This document shows positions 18,361-27,426 of a stretch of 64,000 nucleotides of DNA, one piece after another (the first letter of the stretch is position 1; each line of letters starts with the position of its first letter). The position numbers and the translations under genes are program-made. A model generated the notes under the pieces. The model was not told where the DNA came from and ran no database searches. It saw nothing but the letters and a program-made list of their open reading frames with translations. The DNA comes from Actinomycetota bacterium (GTDB lineage: Bacteria; Actinomycetota; UBA4738; HRBIN12): positions 395,489-459,488 of the forward strand of contig JBBRWM010000001.1 in assembly GCA_038249195.1 (NCBI GenBank), in the 5' to 3' direction.

Positions 18361-19397
18361 CGATCCCTCCCTCCGCGGCCCTCTTCGGCCTCCGCGACCG
18401 CCACCTCGACGGTCGCGCTCACGGAGATACGCGGGTCGCGGCCCACGAGGACGCGCGACAGCGCCGCGAACCCGAACGTCAAGGCGATCAGGATCAGCGC
18501 CAGCCCAAGCAAGGCGGAACGATGCAGGCCGACGCTGGTGGCGTCGCGGAAGCTGCTCGCGATCCACGAAGGGATCGTCACGCCGGCGCCGAAGAGGCTC
18601 GTGCTGATCCGCGTGGTGTTGCCGACGAGCAACGAGACCGCGATCGTTTCGCCGAGCGCTCGGCCAAGCCCAAGCATGGTCGCCCCGACGATGCCGCTGC
18701 GCGCATACGGCAGGACCGCGATGCGTGTGGTCTCGTAGCGCGTCGCGCCGATGGCCTTGGCGGCCTCACGGAGGTCTCGCGGCACGGTGGCCACGACCTC
18801 CCGCGTGACCGCCGTGACGATCGGGATGATCATGATCGCCAAGATCACGCCGGCGCTGAACAGGTCCGGACCGACCGTGTTGCCGGAGAAGAGCTTGCCG
18901 ACCACGGGGATCCACCCCAGCGTGGTGTGCATGAACGGCTCGATGTACTTGTCGAGGAACGGCTTCAGGATGAACAGCCCCCATAGTCCGTAGACGATGC
19001 TCGGGATCGCCGCGAGCACGTCGACGAACGTGGCCAGGGGGTTGCTCACCCACCCCGAACGGACCTCGTTGAGCAGCAGGGCGAGCCCTACGGATACGGG
19101 GACCGCCAGCACCACGGCCACGAACGAGGTCACGAGCGTGCCGTACACGAAGGGCAAAGCGCCGAACGACTCCCGCCCCGCCACCGTGTTCCAGTCGGTC
19201 CCCGTGAAGAAGGAGAATCCGAACGTGGAGAAGATCCTGGAGCTGCCGTCGATGAGCTCGAGGATCAGGGCGATCAGCAGCAGGATCAGGCCGGCGGCGA
19301 CCACCGCCGTGGTCCATCTGAAGGCCCTGTCCACGACCTGGGAGCGCCGCCCGATGGGCGGCGCTCCCTCGGCTGCGATCAGGCCGCCTGACTCCAT
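18357..19397 (-). CDS. pstC: Phosphate ABC transporter permease
   Basis: PstC-type permease ([13 protein letters not shown]..., [17 protein letters not shown]). Confidence 0.9.
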   Translation of the reverse strand: MESGGLIAAEGAPPIGRRSQVVDRAFRWTTAVVAAGLILLLIALILELIDGSSRIFSTFGFSFFTGTDWNTVAGRESFGALPFVYGTLVTSFVAVVLAVPVSVGLALLLNEVRSGWVSNPLATFVDVLAAIPSIVYGLWGLFILKPFLDKYIEPFMHTTLGWIPVVGKLFSGNTVGPDLFSAGVILAIMIIPIVTAVTREVVATVPRDLREAAKAIGATRYETTRIAVLPYARSGIVGATMLGLGRALGETIAVSLLVGNTTRISTSLFGAGVTIPSWIASSFRDATSVGLHRSALLGLALILIALTFGFAALSRVLVGRDPRISVSATVEVAVAEAEEGRGGRDR

Positions 19398-19404
19398 GGA
19401 ACCC

Positions 19405-20517
19405 CTAGCCGGTCACGTTCGACGATGCTTGGATCGGAGTGCCCTGGTAGGAGACCTTTGCCAGCTGCGCGAGTCCCCCCTGCGCGATCTCCGTCGGTAG
19501 CGGAGAGTAGTTCAACTGCGTCGCCGTGTCCTGACCGGGCCCCAGGGCCCAGGTCACGAAGTCCACGAGGGTCTTCCCCTTGGACTGATCCGTCTGATCC
19601 AGGTAGATGAGCAGGTAGGTCGTGCTCGCGATCGGGTACGCGCCCTCGGCCGGGGAATTCAGGATGTTGGTGTCCGGGCTGATGGGGAACTTCAGGATGC
19701 CCCCCGCGGCGCTGATGCTCTCGATCGACGGTGCGACGTAGGTGCCGTCGTCGCGCTTGATCGCACCCACCCGGAGGTCGCTCTTGAGCGCGAAGTCGAA
19801 CGACAGGTACCCGATGGAGCCCTGCGTCTGGGTCATCGCAGCCGCGACGCCGTCGTTCCCGTCGCCGCCCTGCCCGGCCGGCCACTGGACCGCCTTGTCC
19901 GCACCCACGTCCTTCTTCCACGACGGGCTCTCGTCGGACAGCCACGAGGTGAACACGAACGTGGTCCCGGACTCGTCGGAACGGTGCACGACACTGATGT
20001 CCATGTCGGGAAGGCTGACGCCGGCGTTCTGGCCGGCGATCGCGGAGTCATTCCACTTCGTGATCGTGCCGGCGAAGATGTCGGCCACGGTCGAGCCGTC
20101 GAGCTTCAGCCCGTCGTCGACGCCCGGGACGTTGTACGAGACGGCCACGCCGCCGAGCACCGTCGGGATCTCGATCGCATCGCCAGGGAGGGCCGCGATC
20201 TCGTCGGACTGCAACGGGGCGTCCGACGCGCCGAAGTCGACGGTCTGGGCGGTGAATTGCTCCACCCCACCGCCCGAGCCGATCGCCTGATAGTTGATCT
20301 GCGCGCCCGATTCGACGCTCGGGAAGTCCTGGAACCACTGCTCGTAGATGGGATCGGGGAACGTCGCGCCGGCGCCCGTCAGGGCCACGCCGTCGAAGCT
20401 GCCACCAGACGAGCTCGAACCCGATGAGGAGCTGTCGTTGTTGCTGCTACAGGCGGCGGCGGCCAACGCCAAGATCATCCCCGCCGCGACCACGCTGGCC
20501 CTGGTTCGCTTCACCAT
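19405..20517 (-). CDS. pstS: Phosphate-binding lipoprotein PstS
   Basis: Signal peptide with lipobox (LALAAAACS) and a Ser/Gly-rich linker. PstS fold motifs (TGAGATFP, IAYRSDxSGTT-like HRSDESGTTFVFT). Confidence 0.9.
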   Translation of the reverse strand: MVKRTRASVVAAGMILALAAAACSSNNDSSSSGSSSSGGSFDGVALTGAGATFPDPIYEQWFQDFPSVESGAQINYQAIGSGGGVEQFTAQTVDFGASDAPLQSDEIAALPGDAIEIPTVLGGVAVSYNVPGVDDGLKLDGSTVADIFAGTITKWNDSAIAGQNAGVSLPDMDISVVHRSDESGTTFVFTSWLSDESPSWKKDVGADKAVQWPAGQGGDGNDGVAAAMTQTQGSIGYLSFDFALKSDLRVGAIKRDDGTYVAPSIESISAAGGILKFPISPDTNILNSPAEGAYPIASTTYLLIYLDQTDQSKGKTLVDFVTWALGPGQDTATQLNYSPLPTEIAQGGLAQLAKVSYQGTPIQASSNVTG

Positions 20518-20596
20518 GTCGATCTCGACCTCCTCGTCGTGAGTTGTCCGCCCGTGGGAACGCTAGGAGTTGGGCATGGACACCTGATTGCGCGAG

Positions 20597-20634
20597 CGTG
20601 AACGCAACGTGAACGCCGCTCTCACGATGAACGG
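20597..20634 (-). promoter_or_regulatory. PHO box (PhoP/RegX3-type direct repeats) upstream of pstS, shared with divergent sensor kinase gene
   Basis: On the minus strand there are two perfect heptamers CGTTCAC (core GTTCAC) spaced exactly 11 nt apart, about 80-100 nt upstream of the pstS start. A third, degenerate GTTCATC unit lies 19 nt further upstream. Coordinates +-2. Confidence 0.55.
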
Positions 20635-20692
20635 GCCGGGAACGAGGACAACAGGAGAAGAAGGGGAAGCAGCCGCGACATGAACGGCTCAC

Positions 20693-21895
20693 GTGTCCCG
20701 TCGGGACGGATCGGGCAGACCCTACACTGCCGCCATGGACGGTCTCGGATGGATCGTGGCCGTGGTGGTCGGGGGACTCGCCGTGGCGGCGGGCATCGCG
20801 CTCGGCCGGAGCTCTCGGGCTCACGCCCTGAGCAGGTCGCAGGAGCGAGCGTCCGCGGCCGAGGCGGCGCTCGAGCGCATCGATCGTTCCTCAAAACACG
20901 ACCGACGCGTTCAGGACCTGATCCTGGCGACCATGCAGGAAGGGATCCTGCTGCTGGACGACGGGGGGCGGCTCGCGTTCGCCAACGATGCCGTCGCACG
21001 ACACCTCGGCAGGCGCCCCGCCACGATCCACCAGCTCCTACCCATGGCCGCACGAGATCTGGTCGAACGCGTCGCCGTCACGGGGGAGGGTGAGAGCTGC
21101 GAGGCTGCCTACGGGAGCCCCACACGATGGTTGCGGGTCACCGCGACACCGGCGGGCGCGGACGGGTCGCTGCTGGTGGTCGTTCGCGACGTCACCGAGT
21201 CCCGTCGCATCGAACACATCCGCCGCGATTTCGTCGCGAACGCCTCGCACGAACTGAAGACACCGGCGGCAACCATCCAGGCGGCCGCGGAGACCCTCCA
21301 CGACGCGGCCCAGGACGACCCCGCTGCCGTGCGGCGTTTCGCGACCCAACTCGATCGTGACGCCCGGCGATTGTCCCGCATCGTCGCCGACCTCCTCGAC
21401 CTGTCTCGGCTCGAGACAGGGAGCGAACTCGATCAAGACGTGCGGCTCGAGACGGTCGTCAACGACGAGGCGGGCCGCTTCGAAGCGGCCGCACGGGAGG
21501 CTGGTCTTGCCCTCGTCGTCGACCCGCATCGCGCCGGGCGCGTGCGGGGGTCCTCCCGGGACCTCTCCCTGCTGGTGCGCAACCTCATCGACAATGCGGT
21601 CCGGTACACGCCGCGGGGAGGGACCGTGCGTGTCGAGCTCACCGAGGACGACGACGTGGTCCACCTGTCGGTGTGCGACGACGGGGCGGGGATCCCCACG
21701 AGGGATCTCCCGCGGGTCTTCGAGCGGTTCTACCGCGTGGATCGGGCTCGCTCCCGGGAAACGGGGGGCACCGGTCTCGGCCTGTCCATCGTCAGGCACG
21801 TGGCGGAGAACCACGGCGGCAACGTCCACGTCACGAGCGAGCTGGGCCGAGGGTCGACCTTCGTCGTGACCATCCCGCTCGCGCCGCCCGCCTAG
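20693..21895 (+). CDS. Sensor histidine kinase, SenX3/PhoR-like (TM + PAS + HisKA + HATPase)
   Basis: One N-terminal TM helix, a PAS-like segment, H-box ANASHELKTP, N/G boxes (NLIDNAVRYT, DDGAGIP, GGTGLGLSIV). Divergent from pstS. Alternative ATG start near 20735. Confidence 0.85.
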   Translation: MSRRDGSGRPYTAAMDGLGWIVAVVVGGLAVAAGIALGRSSRAHALSRSQERASAAEAALERIDRSSKHDRRVQDLILATMQEGILLLDDGGRLAFANDAVARHLGRRPATIHQLLPMAARDLVERVAVTGEGESCEAAYGSPTRWLRVTATPAGADGSLLVVVRDVTESRRIEHIRRDFVANASHELKTPAATIQAAAETLHDAAQDDPAAVRRFATQLDRDARRLSRIVADLLDLSRLETGSELDQDVRLETVVNDEAGRFEAAAREAGLALVVDPHRAGRVRGSSRDLSLLVRNLIDNAVRYTPRGGTVRVELTEDDDVVHLSVCDDGAGIPTRDLPRVFERFYRVDRARSRETGGTGLGLSIVRHVAENHGGNVHVTSELGRGSTFVVTIPLAPPA

Positions 21896-21916
21896 GCACC
21901 CGTATGCTGCGGGCCG

Positions 21917-22597
21917 ATGACCACACTCTTCCTCATCCGGCACGGGCTCACGGGACAGACCGGCACCACGCTGTACGGCCGCACAACGGGGATCGAGCTG
22001 GACCATCGGGGGCAGGAGCAGGCCCGTGTCCTCGCCGAGCGGTTCGCCTCGGTGCGGCTCACGGCCATCTACTCGAGCCCTCTCGAACGCTGCCGGCAGA
22101 CCGTGGAGCCGCTGGCGGCGGCGCATCGCCTCACGGTGGCCGAGCGGCAGGGCCTCATCGAGATGGACGCCGGTTCATGGACCGGGAAGACGCTCGCCCG
22201 GCTGCGGCGGAACAAGGCGTGGGCGCAGGTGCAGACCGCGCCGTCCACCTTCCGTTTCCCCGGCGGCGAGAGTTTCGCGGAGGCGTGGGACCGGGCCGGC
22301 GCGGAGATGGACGCGATCGCGCGGCGCCACCCCCGGGGCCGGATCGCCGTCGCCACCCACGGGGACGTCGCGAGGCTGATCCTCGGTCGGTACCTCGGCG
22401 CTCCCCTTGACGCCTTCCAACGGATCGTGGTCGACACCGCATCCGTCTCTGTGGTCCATGTCGTATCCGGCGGGCGTCCTCACGTGCTGCTGATGAACGA
22501 CGCCGGGGGCCTCGATCGCTTCGGACCCAAGGGCGCGACACCCCCGTGGGAGACGCGTCAGCCGCCCACTCGCGCCGGTAGGAACCTGCGAGGATAG
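21917..22597 (+). CDS. Histidine phosphatase (phosphoglycerate mutase family), MSMEG_4193-like
   Basis: RHG motif LFLIRHGLT and a catalytic His region (IAVATHGDV). It is the first gene of the conserved actinobacterial trio. Confidence 0.75.
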   Translation: MTTLFLIRHGLTGQTGTTLYGRTTGIELDHRGQEQARVLAERFASVRLTAIYSSPLERCRQTVEPLAAAHRLTVAERQGLIEMDAGSWTGKTLARLRRNKAWAQVQTAPSTFRFPGGESFAEAWDRAGAEMDAIARRHPRGRIAVATHGDVARLILGRYLGAPLDAFQRIVVDTASVSVVHVVSGGRPHVLLMNDAGGLDRFGPKGATPPWETRQPPTRAGRNLRG

Positions 22598-22603
22598 AAC
22601 GCC

Positions 22604-23125
22604 ATGGAGCTCGGACCCGTCGATCGCATCACCGCCGATGCCGTGGGCGAACCCGGTGCTCGCACGTTCTACATCCAGGCCCGCCACGGCGATCAAGTCG
22701 TCAGCGTGATCGTGGAGAAGCAACAGGTGCAGCTCCTGGCGGCCTCGGTCCTTGACCTGCTGGCCGACCTCGACGTCGAGACGGGACTCGGGCCCGGCGA
22801 TCAGCTGATGGAGCTGGAGACTCCGGTCGACCCGCTCTGGCGCGCGGGCCGGCTGTCCATCGGGTTCGACCAGGAGCGCCGCCTCTTCCAACTCGAGGTC
22901 GAGGAGTTCCAGCCGGAGGTGGAGGACGACGACCCTCGCTCGCTGCTCGCCGAGGAACCGCAGACGATCCGGATCTGGGCCAGCACCGAGCAGATGCTGG
23001 CGTTGTCCCGCCATGGGTCCGAGGCCGTGGAACGGGGGCGGCCCGCCTGCCAGTACTGCGGGAACCCAATGGATCCGGAAGGACACGCGTGTCCCGCGAT
23101 GAACGGGCACTCGAAGCGGGACTGA
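22604..23125 (+). CDS. DUF3090 family protein
   Basis: ITADAVGEPGARTFYIQ ... C-terminal CQYCGNPMDPEGHAC Cys cluster. Always paired with an SCO1664-family gene. Confidence 0.7.
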   Translation: MELGPVDRITADAVGEPGARTFYIQARHGDQVVSVIVEKQQVQLLAASVLDLLADLDVETGLGPGDQLMELETPVDPLWRAGRLSIGFDQERRLFQLEVEEFQPEVEDDDPRSLLAEEPQTIRIWASTEQMLALSRHGSEAVERGRPACQYCGNPMDPEGHACPAMNGHSKRD

Positions 23126-23838
23126 TCGATCCCGCGGTGCCTCGCGCGCTCGCCCGCGGCGAGCTGACGATCCTTGGACTGATGCCCAACTCGTCCAACT
23201 ACACGTTCCTCACGAAGGCCGAGACCTCCGAGGAGTCGGTCCTCGCGATCTACAAGCCGCGCCGTGGAGAGATCCCGTTGTGGGATTTCCCCGAGGGGAC
23301 CCTCGCGCAGCGTGAGGTGGCCGCCTACGTCGTGGCGCGCGCCCTGGGGTGGCCCAACGTGCCGCCCACGATCCTTCGCGACGGACCGGAGGGGGTCGGC
23401 TCGGCGCAGCTCTTCGTCGCCTTCGACCCGGGGCAGCACTACTTCACCCTGCAGGAGGAGCATGAAGACACGTTCGTCGACGTCGCCCTCTTCGACGCCG
23501 TGATCAACAACGCCGATCGGAAAGGAGGCCACTGCCTCTTGGGCGAGGACGGCTCCATCTTCCTGATCGATCACGGCGTGTGCTTCAACGTGGACGACAA
23601 GCTGCGCACCGTCATCTGGGACCACGCGGGTGAGCCGATCGACGCCGCGCGCCTCGAGGACCTCCGGCGATTCGGCGCCGGGCTCGACGATCCTCGGGAC
23701 CCCGTCGGCGCCGAGCTCGGGGCCCTGCTCGATCCGGAGGAAACGCAGGCGCTGCGCCGGCGCCTGCGATCCCTGATCGCCGGCCGCGTGCTCCCCCGGC
23801 CGGAGCTGGATCGCCCCTTCCCCTGGCCCCCCGTGTGA
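23089..23838 (+). CDS. SCO1664-family protein (PI3/4-kinase-like fold)
   Basis: GTG start overlaps the DUF3090 gene end. Conserved SCO1664/TIGR03843-type regions (SNYTFL, IYKPRRGE, NNADRKGGH, LIDHGVCF). Confidence 0.7.
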   Translation: MSRDERALEAGLIDPAVPRALARGELTILGLMPNSSNYTFLTKAETSEESVLAIYKPRRGEIPLWDFPEGTLAQREVAAYVVARALGWPNVPPTILRDGPEGVGSAQLFVAFDPGQHYFTLQEEHEDTFVDVALFDAVINNADRKGGHCLLGEDGSIFLIDHGVCFNVDDKLRTVIWDHAGEPIDAARLEDLRRFGAGLDDPRDPVGAELGALLDPEETQALRRRLRSLIAGRVLPRPELDRPFPWPPV

Positions 23839-24407
23839 TGAGGCCGCGTGATGGTGCCTCCGTGAGGGAGCCCCTGCGGTTGGTGCGCGTGCCCACCCCC
23901 ATCGGGTCGTTCTGCGTTGCGTGCTCTGCAGACGGCGTGATCGCCACGGAATTCGCGTCCGAGCACGACGACCCGCGGGCGTTCGGGGACCGCTTGGGGG
24001 AGCTTTATGACGTCCCCGTCGTGCGATCCGGCGCGGATCTCGCGGACGTGCGTCGGGAGGTCCGTGACTACTTCGGGGGTCGCATCCGCGCGTTCTCGAC
24101 CCCCGTGGACCTCGGCCGGGCTGGCACGGGGTTCGGCCGCCGGGTGCTGGCGACGACGGCCACGATCCCGTTCGGCGAGCTGTGGACCTACGGGGACGTG
24201 GCCGCGATGGCGGGCACCCCCCGCGGCGGCAGGGCTGCGGGCAATGCCCTTCGCCGCTGCCCGATCGAGCTGTTCGTCCCGTGTCATCGGGTCGTGCACG
24301 CCGGCGGCGGCATCGGCGGCTACGGCAGCCACGACGAGCGGAAGCGGTGGCTGATCAGGTTCGAGACCGCGGGCGAGCACCGAACCGGACGCTCGCGGGT
24401 GCCGTAG
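23835..24407 (+). CDS. ogt: Methylated-DNA--protein-cysteine methyltransferase
   Basis: Active-site motif PCHRVV and the DNA-binding helix region (YGDVAAMAGTPRGGRAAGNAL). ATGA overlap with the previous gene. Confidence 0.85.
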   Translation: MMRPRDGASVREPLRLVRVPTPIGSFCVACSADGVIATEFASEHDDPRAFGDRLGELYDVPVVRSGADLADVRREVRDYFGGRIRAFSTPVDLGRAGTGFGRRVLATTATIPFGELWTYGDVAAMAGTPRGGRAAGNALRRCPIELFVPCHRVVHAGGGIGGYGSHDERKRWLIRFETAGEHRTGRSRVP

Positions 24408-24413
24408 GAGAAG

Positions 24414-25400
24414 ATGGAGCCCATGAAGGACCGTCGGACCTCCCTGCTCGCGCTCGCCTTACTCACGCTCGCCGCGGCGTGCAGCAAAAGCACGGACGCC
24501 GCCGCCCCCTCGACGCCGGTCTCGAGCGGCGCGTCCACGTTCGCCATCGAGGTGGCCACCACCGATCTGTACATCCATACCCCCCAGCGCGTCGAGGTAG
24601 GGGTGCTGTCCACCACGACGAACGGCGTGCAACTGGTGAGCTTCGGCGAGGTGCCACTTGCGTTCACGTACCTCGGAACGAACGGTTCCGCCACCCCAGA
24701 GCCGGGCCCGACGGCGACCGCCACGTACCTCGGCACCCCAGGGACCCAGATGGATGGGACTGGGCCGGCCATCACGGACGCGGCGACCGCCCGGGGCGTG
24801 TATCAGGCGCAGCACGTCGTGTTCGACGAGCCGGGCACGTGGCAGGTCCAGGTGACGGCCGACGTCGTGGGCGTCGGGAAGCAGGTCCTCACGAGCGCCT
24901 TCCCGGTGGCGTCGAAGCCCGCGCTGCCGGCGCCGGGCGACGCGGCCCTGCGCACCCAGAACCTCACGGTGGCCTCCAAAGGCGTGCCTCGCTCGGCGAT
25001 CGATTCGAGGGCCCAGGACGGCGCCGCGATCCCCGACCCCGAGCTGCACGGGACGACCATCGCGAAGGCGCTGCGAGCCGGCAAGCCCATCCTTGCGTTG
25101 TTCGCGACCCCTCTGTACTGCACCAGCCGCTTCTGCGGGCCGACGACCGATGCCCTGCAGGCGATGGCCGACGCCCACCCCGATGCGGCCTCCTACATCC
25201 ACATCGAGATCTGGAAGGACTACCAGAAGAGCGTCCTGAACAAGGCCGCGGCCGATTGGCTCTACCGCAACGGCGACCTCCGGGAGCCCAGGCTGTTCCT
25301 GATCGGCACGGACGGGCGCATCGCCGATCGCTGGGCGCCGCTGTTCGACCCCGCGCAGGTCATGCGAGAGCTCGACGCGCTGCCCAACACCGGGGATTGA
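24414..25400 (+). CDS. Lipoprotein with C-terminal thioredoxin-like domain (C-x4-C)
   Basis: Lipobox LTLAAACS. The C-terminal segment has a thioredoxin-like pattern with YCTSRFC. Function unknown; it precedes a CDF transporter. Confidence 0.5.
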   Translation: MEPMKDRRTSLLALALLTLAAACSKSTDAAAPSTPVSSGASTFAIEVATTDLYIHTPQRVEVGVLSTTTNGVQLVSFGEVPLAFTYLGTNGSATPEPGPTATATYLGTPGTQMDGTGPAITDAATARGVYQAQHVVFDEPGTWQVQVTADVVGVGKQVLTSAFPVASKPALPAPGDAALRTQNLTVASKGVPRSAIDSRAQDGAAIPDPELHGTTIAKALRAGKPILALFATPLYCTSRFCGPTTDALQAMADAHPDAASYIHIEIWKDYQKSVLNKAAADWLYRNGDLREPRLFLIGTDGRIADRWAPLFDPAQVMRELDALPNTGD

Positions 25401-25442
25401 CCTCCTGGGCCGACAACCTCCGGGGGCTATCATCGCCTCCGG

Positions 25443-26423
25443 ATGCGAGAGCCGGACGCGCAACACCACCACCCCCATCGACACGACCAGCCGCAGGAAG
25501 CCGGGGACCGCCACGAGCACTTCGGTCCGGTCGACGCCGCAACGATCGCGACCCGCAGGGGCGTCCGCGCCACCTGGATCTCCCTTATCGCCTTGCTGTG
25601 GACGGCGTTGATGCAGCTCCTCATCGTGTCTGCCACGGGCTCGGTGGCCCTCCTCGCGGACACGATCCACAACTTCACGGACGCCCTGACCGCCATCCCG
25701 CTGCTGATCGCCTTCCGCCTGGCGCGGCGGCCTCCCACGAGGCGATATTCCTACGGGTACCACCGAGCGGAGGATCTCGCGGGCGTCGTGATCGTCGCCG
25801 TGATCCTCGTCTCAGCCGTGGTGGCCGCCGCCGAGGCCGTCGGCCGGCTGATCCATCCCCAGCCGGTCGACCACGTCGGGTGGCTCCTGGCCGCAGGGGC
25901 CGTGGGCGCCATCGGCAACGAGGCCGTGGCGCTGTACCGCATCCGCGTGGGCCGCTCGATCGGCTCGGCCGCGATGGTGGCCGACGGCCTCCACGCCCGC
26001 ACCGACGGGCTCACGTCTCTGGCCGTGATCGGGTCGGCACTCGCGGTACTCGCCGGGTTCCCGCGTGCCGACCCGCTGATCGGGCTCGCCATCACCGTCG
26101 TGATCTTCTGGACGCTTGTCCAGGCCGCGCGCGCCGTCATCCATCGCGTCCTCGACGGGACCGACGAGCAGACGATCGCCCTGATCCAGGAGGTGGCGGC
26201 CTCCGTCGCCGGGGTCGAGCACGTGGGCGACACCCGCGCGCGCTGGACCGGGCATCAGCTGCTCACCGAGCTCAGCATCGACGTGGAGGCGACCCTGTCG
26301 GTGCAGGACGGGCACGAGGTCGCCGAACGGGTGCGCGAGGAGCTCCTCGAGCACGTGCCTCGGCTCGCCGGCGCCTCGGTCCACGTCGACCCGCACGAGC
26401 ACGAGTCCCACACCCCCGCGTAG
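25443..26423 (+). CDS. Cation diffusion facilitator (CDF) metal efflux transporter with His-rich N-terminus
   Basis: Six-TM CDF core (LLADTIHNFTDALTAI, HARTDGLTSLAV), a C-terminal cytoplasmic domain, and an N-terminal HHHPHRHD stretch. Confidence 0.85.
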   Translation: MREPDAQHHHPHRHDQPQEAGDRHEHFGPVDAATIATRRGVRATWISLIALLWTALMQLLIVSATGSVALLADTIHNFTDALTAIPLLIAFRLARRPPTRRYSYGYHRAEDLAGVVIVAVILVSAVVAAAEAVGRLIHPQPVDHVGWLLAAGAVGAIGNEAVALYRIRVGRSIGSAAMVADGLHARTDGLTSLAVIGSALAVLAGFPRADPLIGLAITVVIFWTLVQAARAVIHRVLDGTDEQTIALIQEVAASVAGVEHVGDTRARWTGHQLLTELSIDVEATLSVQDGHEVAERVREELLEHVPRLAGASVHVDPHEHESHTPA

Positions 26424-26439
26424 CGCTCGGGCCCGTAGC

Positions 26440-27420
26440 ATGGTGCCCATGGATCCGCAGGACACCATGCCGCCGCCGCCCACCACGCAGTATTGCTATC
26501 GCCACCCAGCGGTCGCCACCGGCATCCGCTGTACGCGCTGCGGCCGTCCCATCTGCACGGATTGCATGGTGCAGGCGCCCGTGGGCTACCACTGCCCCAC
26601 GTGCGTGAGCGAAGCGCGCCGGGAGTTCCGCAAGGGACCGGGGCGTCGCATCGCCGTCGCCAACGCACGGTCCACCTCCGTCACCGTGCTCATCCTCGGC
26701 GCGATCGTGGCGATGTACGTGGTGGAGGTGGTGGTGGGCGGGCCCGGCTCGTTGTTCGGGGGGCCGAACTCGAACCAACTCGTGAGGCTGGGCGGGTCGG
26801 TTGCCGCCTGGCCCACGCCGACGGGGGTCGTCGGGATCGCCGAGGGCCAGTACTGGCGGCTGTTCACGTCCATGTTCCTGCACGCAGGGCTGATCCACCT
26901 CGCGTTCAACGCCTACGCACTCTGGATCTTCGGACGCGTGATGGAAGAAGAGTTCGGCCGCGTGCGCTTCTCGCTGTTGTACGTGCTGACGGGCCTGTTC
27001 GGAGGCGCGGTCTCCTACGCGTTCGTCACGTTCGACGTGTTGGCGAACGGACAGGTGGTGATCCCAGCGGTGGCCGTGGGGGCCTCGGGCGCGATCTTCG
27101 GCATCTTCGGCGCGTTCGTCGCCTTCAACTGGCGACGGCGCCACACGCCAGTAGCGGCCGCCCGCCTGCGCATGGCGGTGACCCTGATCCTGATCAACGC
27201 GCTCATCGGATTCTCCTCGGGTGGCGCCATCGATTGGCGCGCCCACGCGGGCGGTTTCGTGGCCGGTCTGTTCGCAGGCTACGCGGCCGAGGGCTTCGGG
27301 CGTCTGCGCGACGAGCGCGTGAGCTTCGCGATCGGTTGCGTCGCCCTCGCCGCCGCGACGGTCGCGATCGCGCTGTGGAAGACGGCCTCGATACACCAGC
27401 GGTTCCCCGGCCTGCTGTGA
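26440..27420 (+). CDS. Rhomboid-family intramembrane serine protease with N-terminal zinc-ribbon
   Basis: N-terminal C-x2-C...C-x2-C twice (CYRHP..CTRCGRPICTDC..CPTC). Rhomboid core with GASGAIFG (catalytic Ser) and a downstream His (AHAGG). Confidence 0.8.
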   Translation: MVPMDPQDTMPPPPTTQYCYRHPAVATGIRCTRCGRPICTDCMVQAPVGYHCPTCVSEARREFRKGPGRRIAVANARSTSVTVLILGAIVAMYVVEVVVGGPGSLFGGPNSNQLVRLGGSVAAWPTPTGVVGIAEGQYWRLFTSMFLHAGLIHLAFNAYALWIFGRVMEEEFGRVRFSLLYVLTGLFGGAVSYAFVTFDVLANGQVVIPAVAVGASGAIFGIFGAFVAFNWRRRHTPVAAARLRMAVTLILINALIGFSSGGAIDWRAHAGGFVAGLFAGYAAEGFGRLRDERVSFAIGCVALAAATVAIALWKTASIHQRFPGLL

Positions 27421-27426
27421 GGAGGG

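Noticed and set aside
20620-20634. Third GTTCAT unit upstream of pstS as part of a regular three-unit PHO box
   Set aside because: It lies 19 nt, not 22 nt, from the second unit and so is out of helical phase. Only the two perfect units at 11-nt spacing are reported as the core site.
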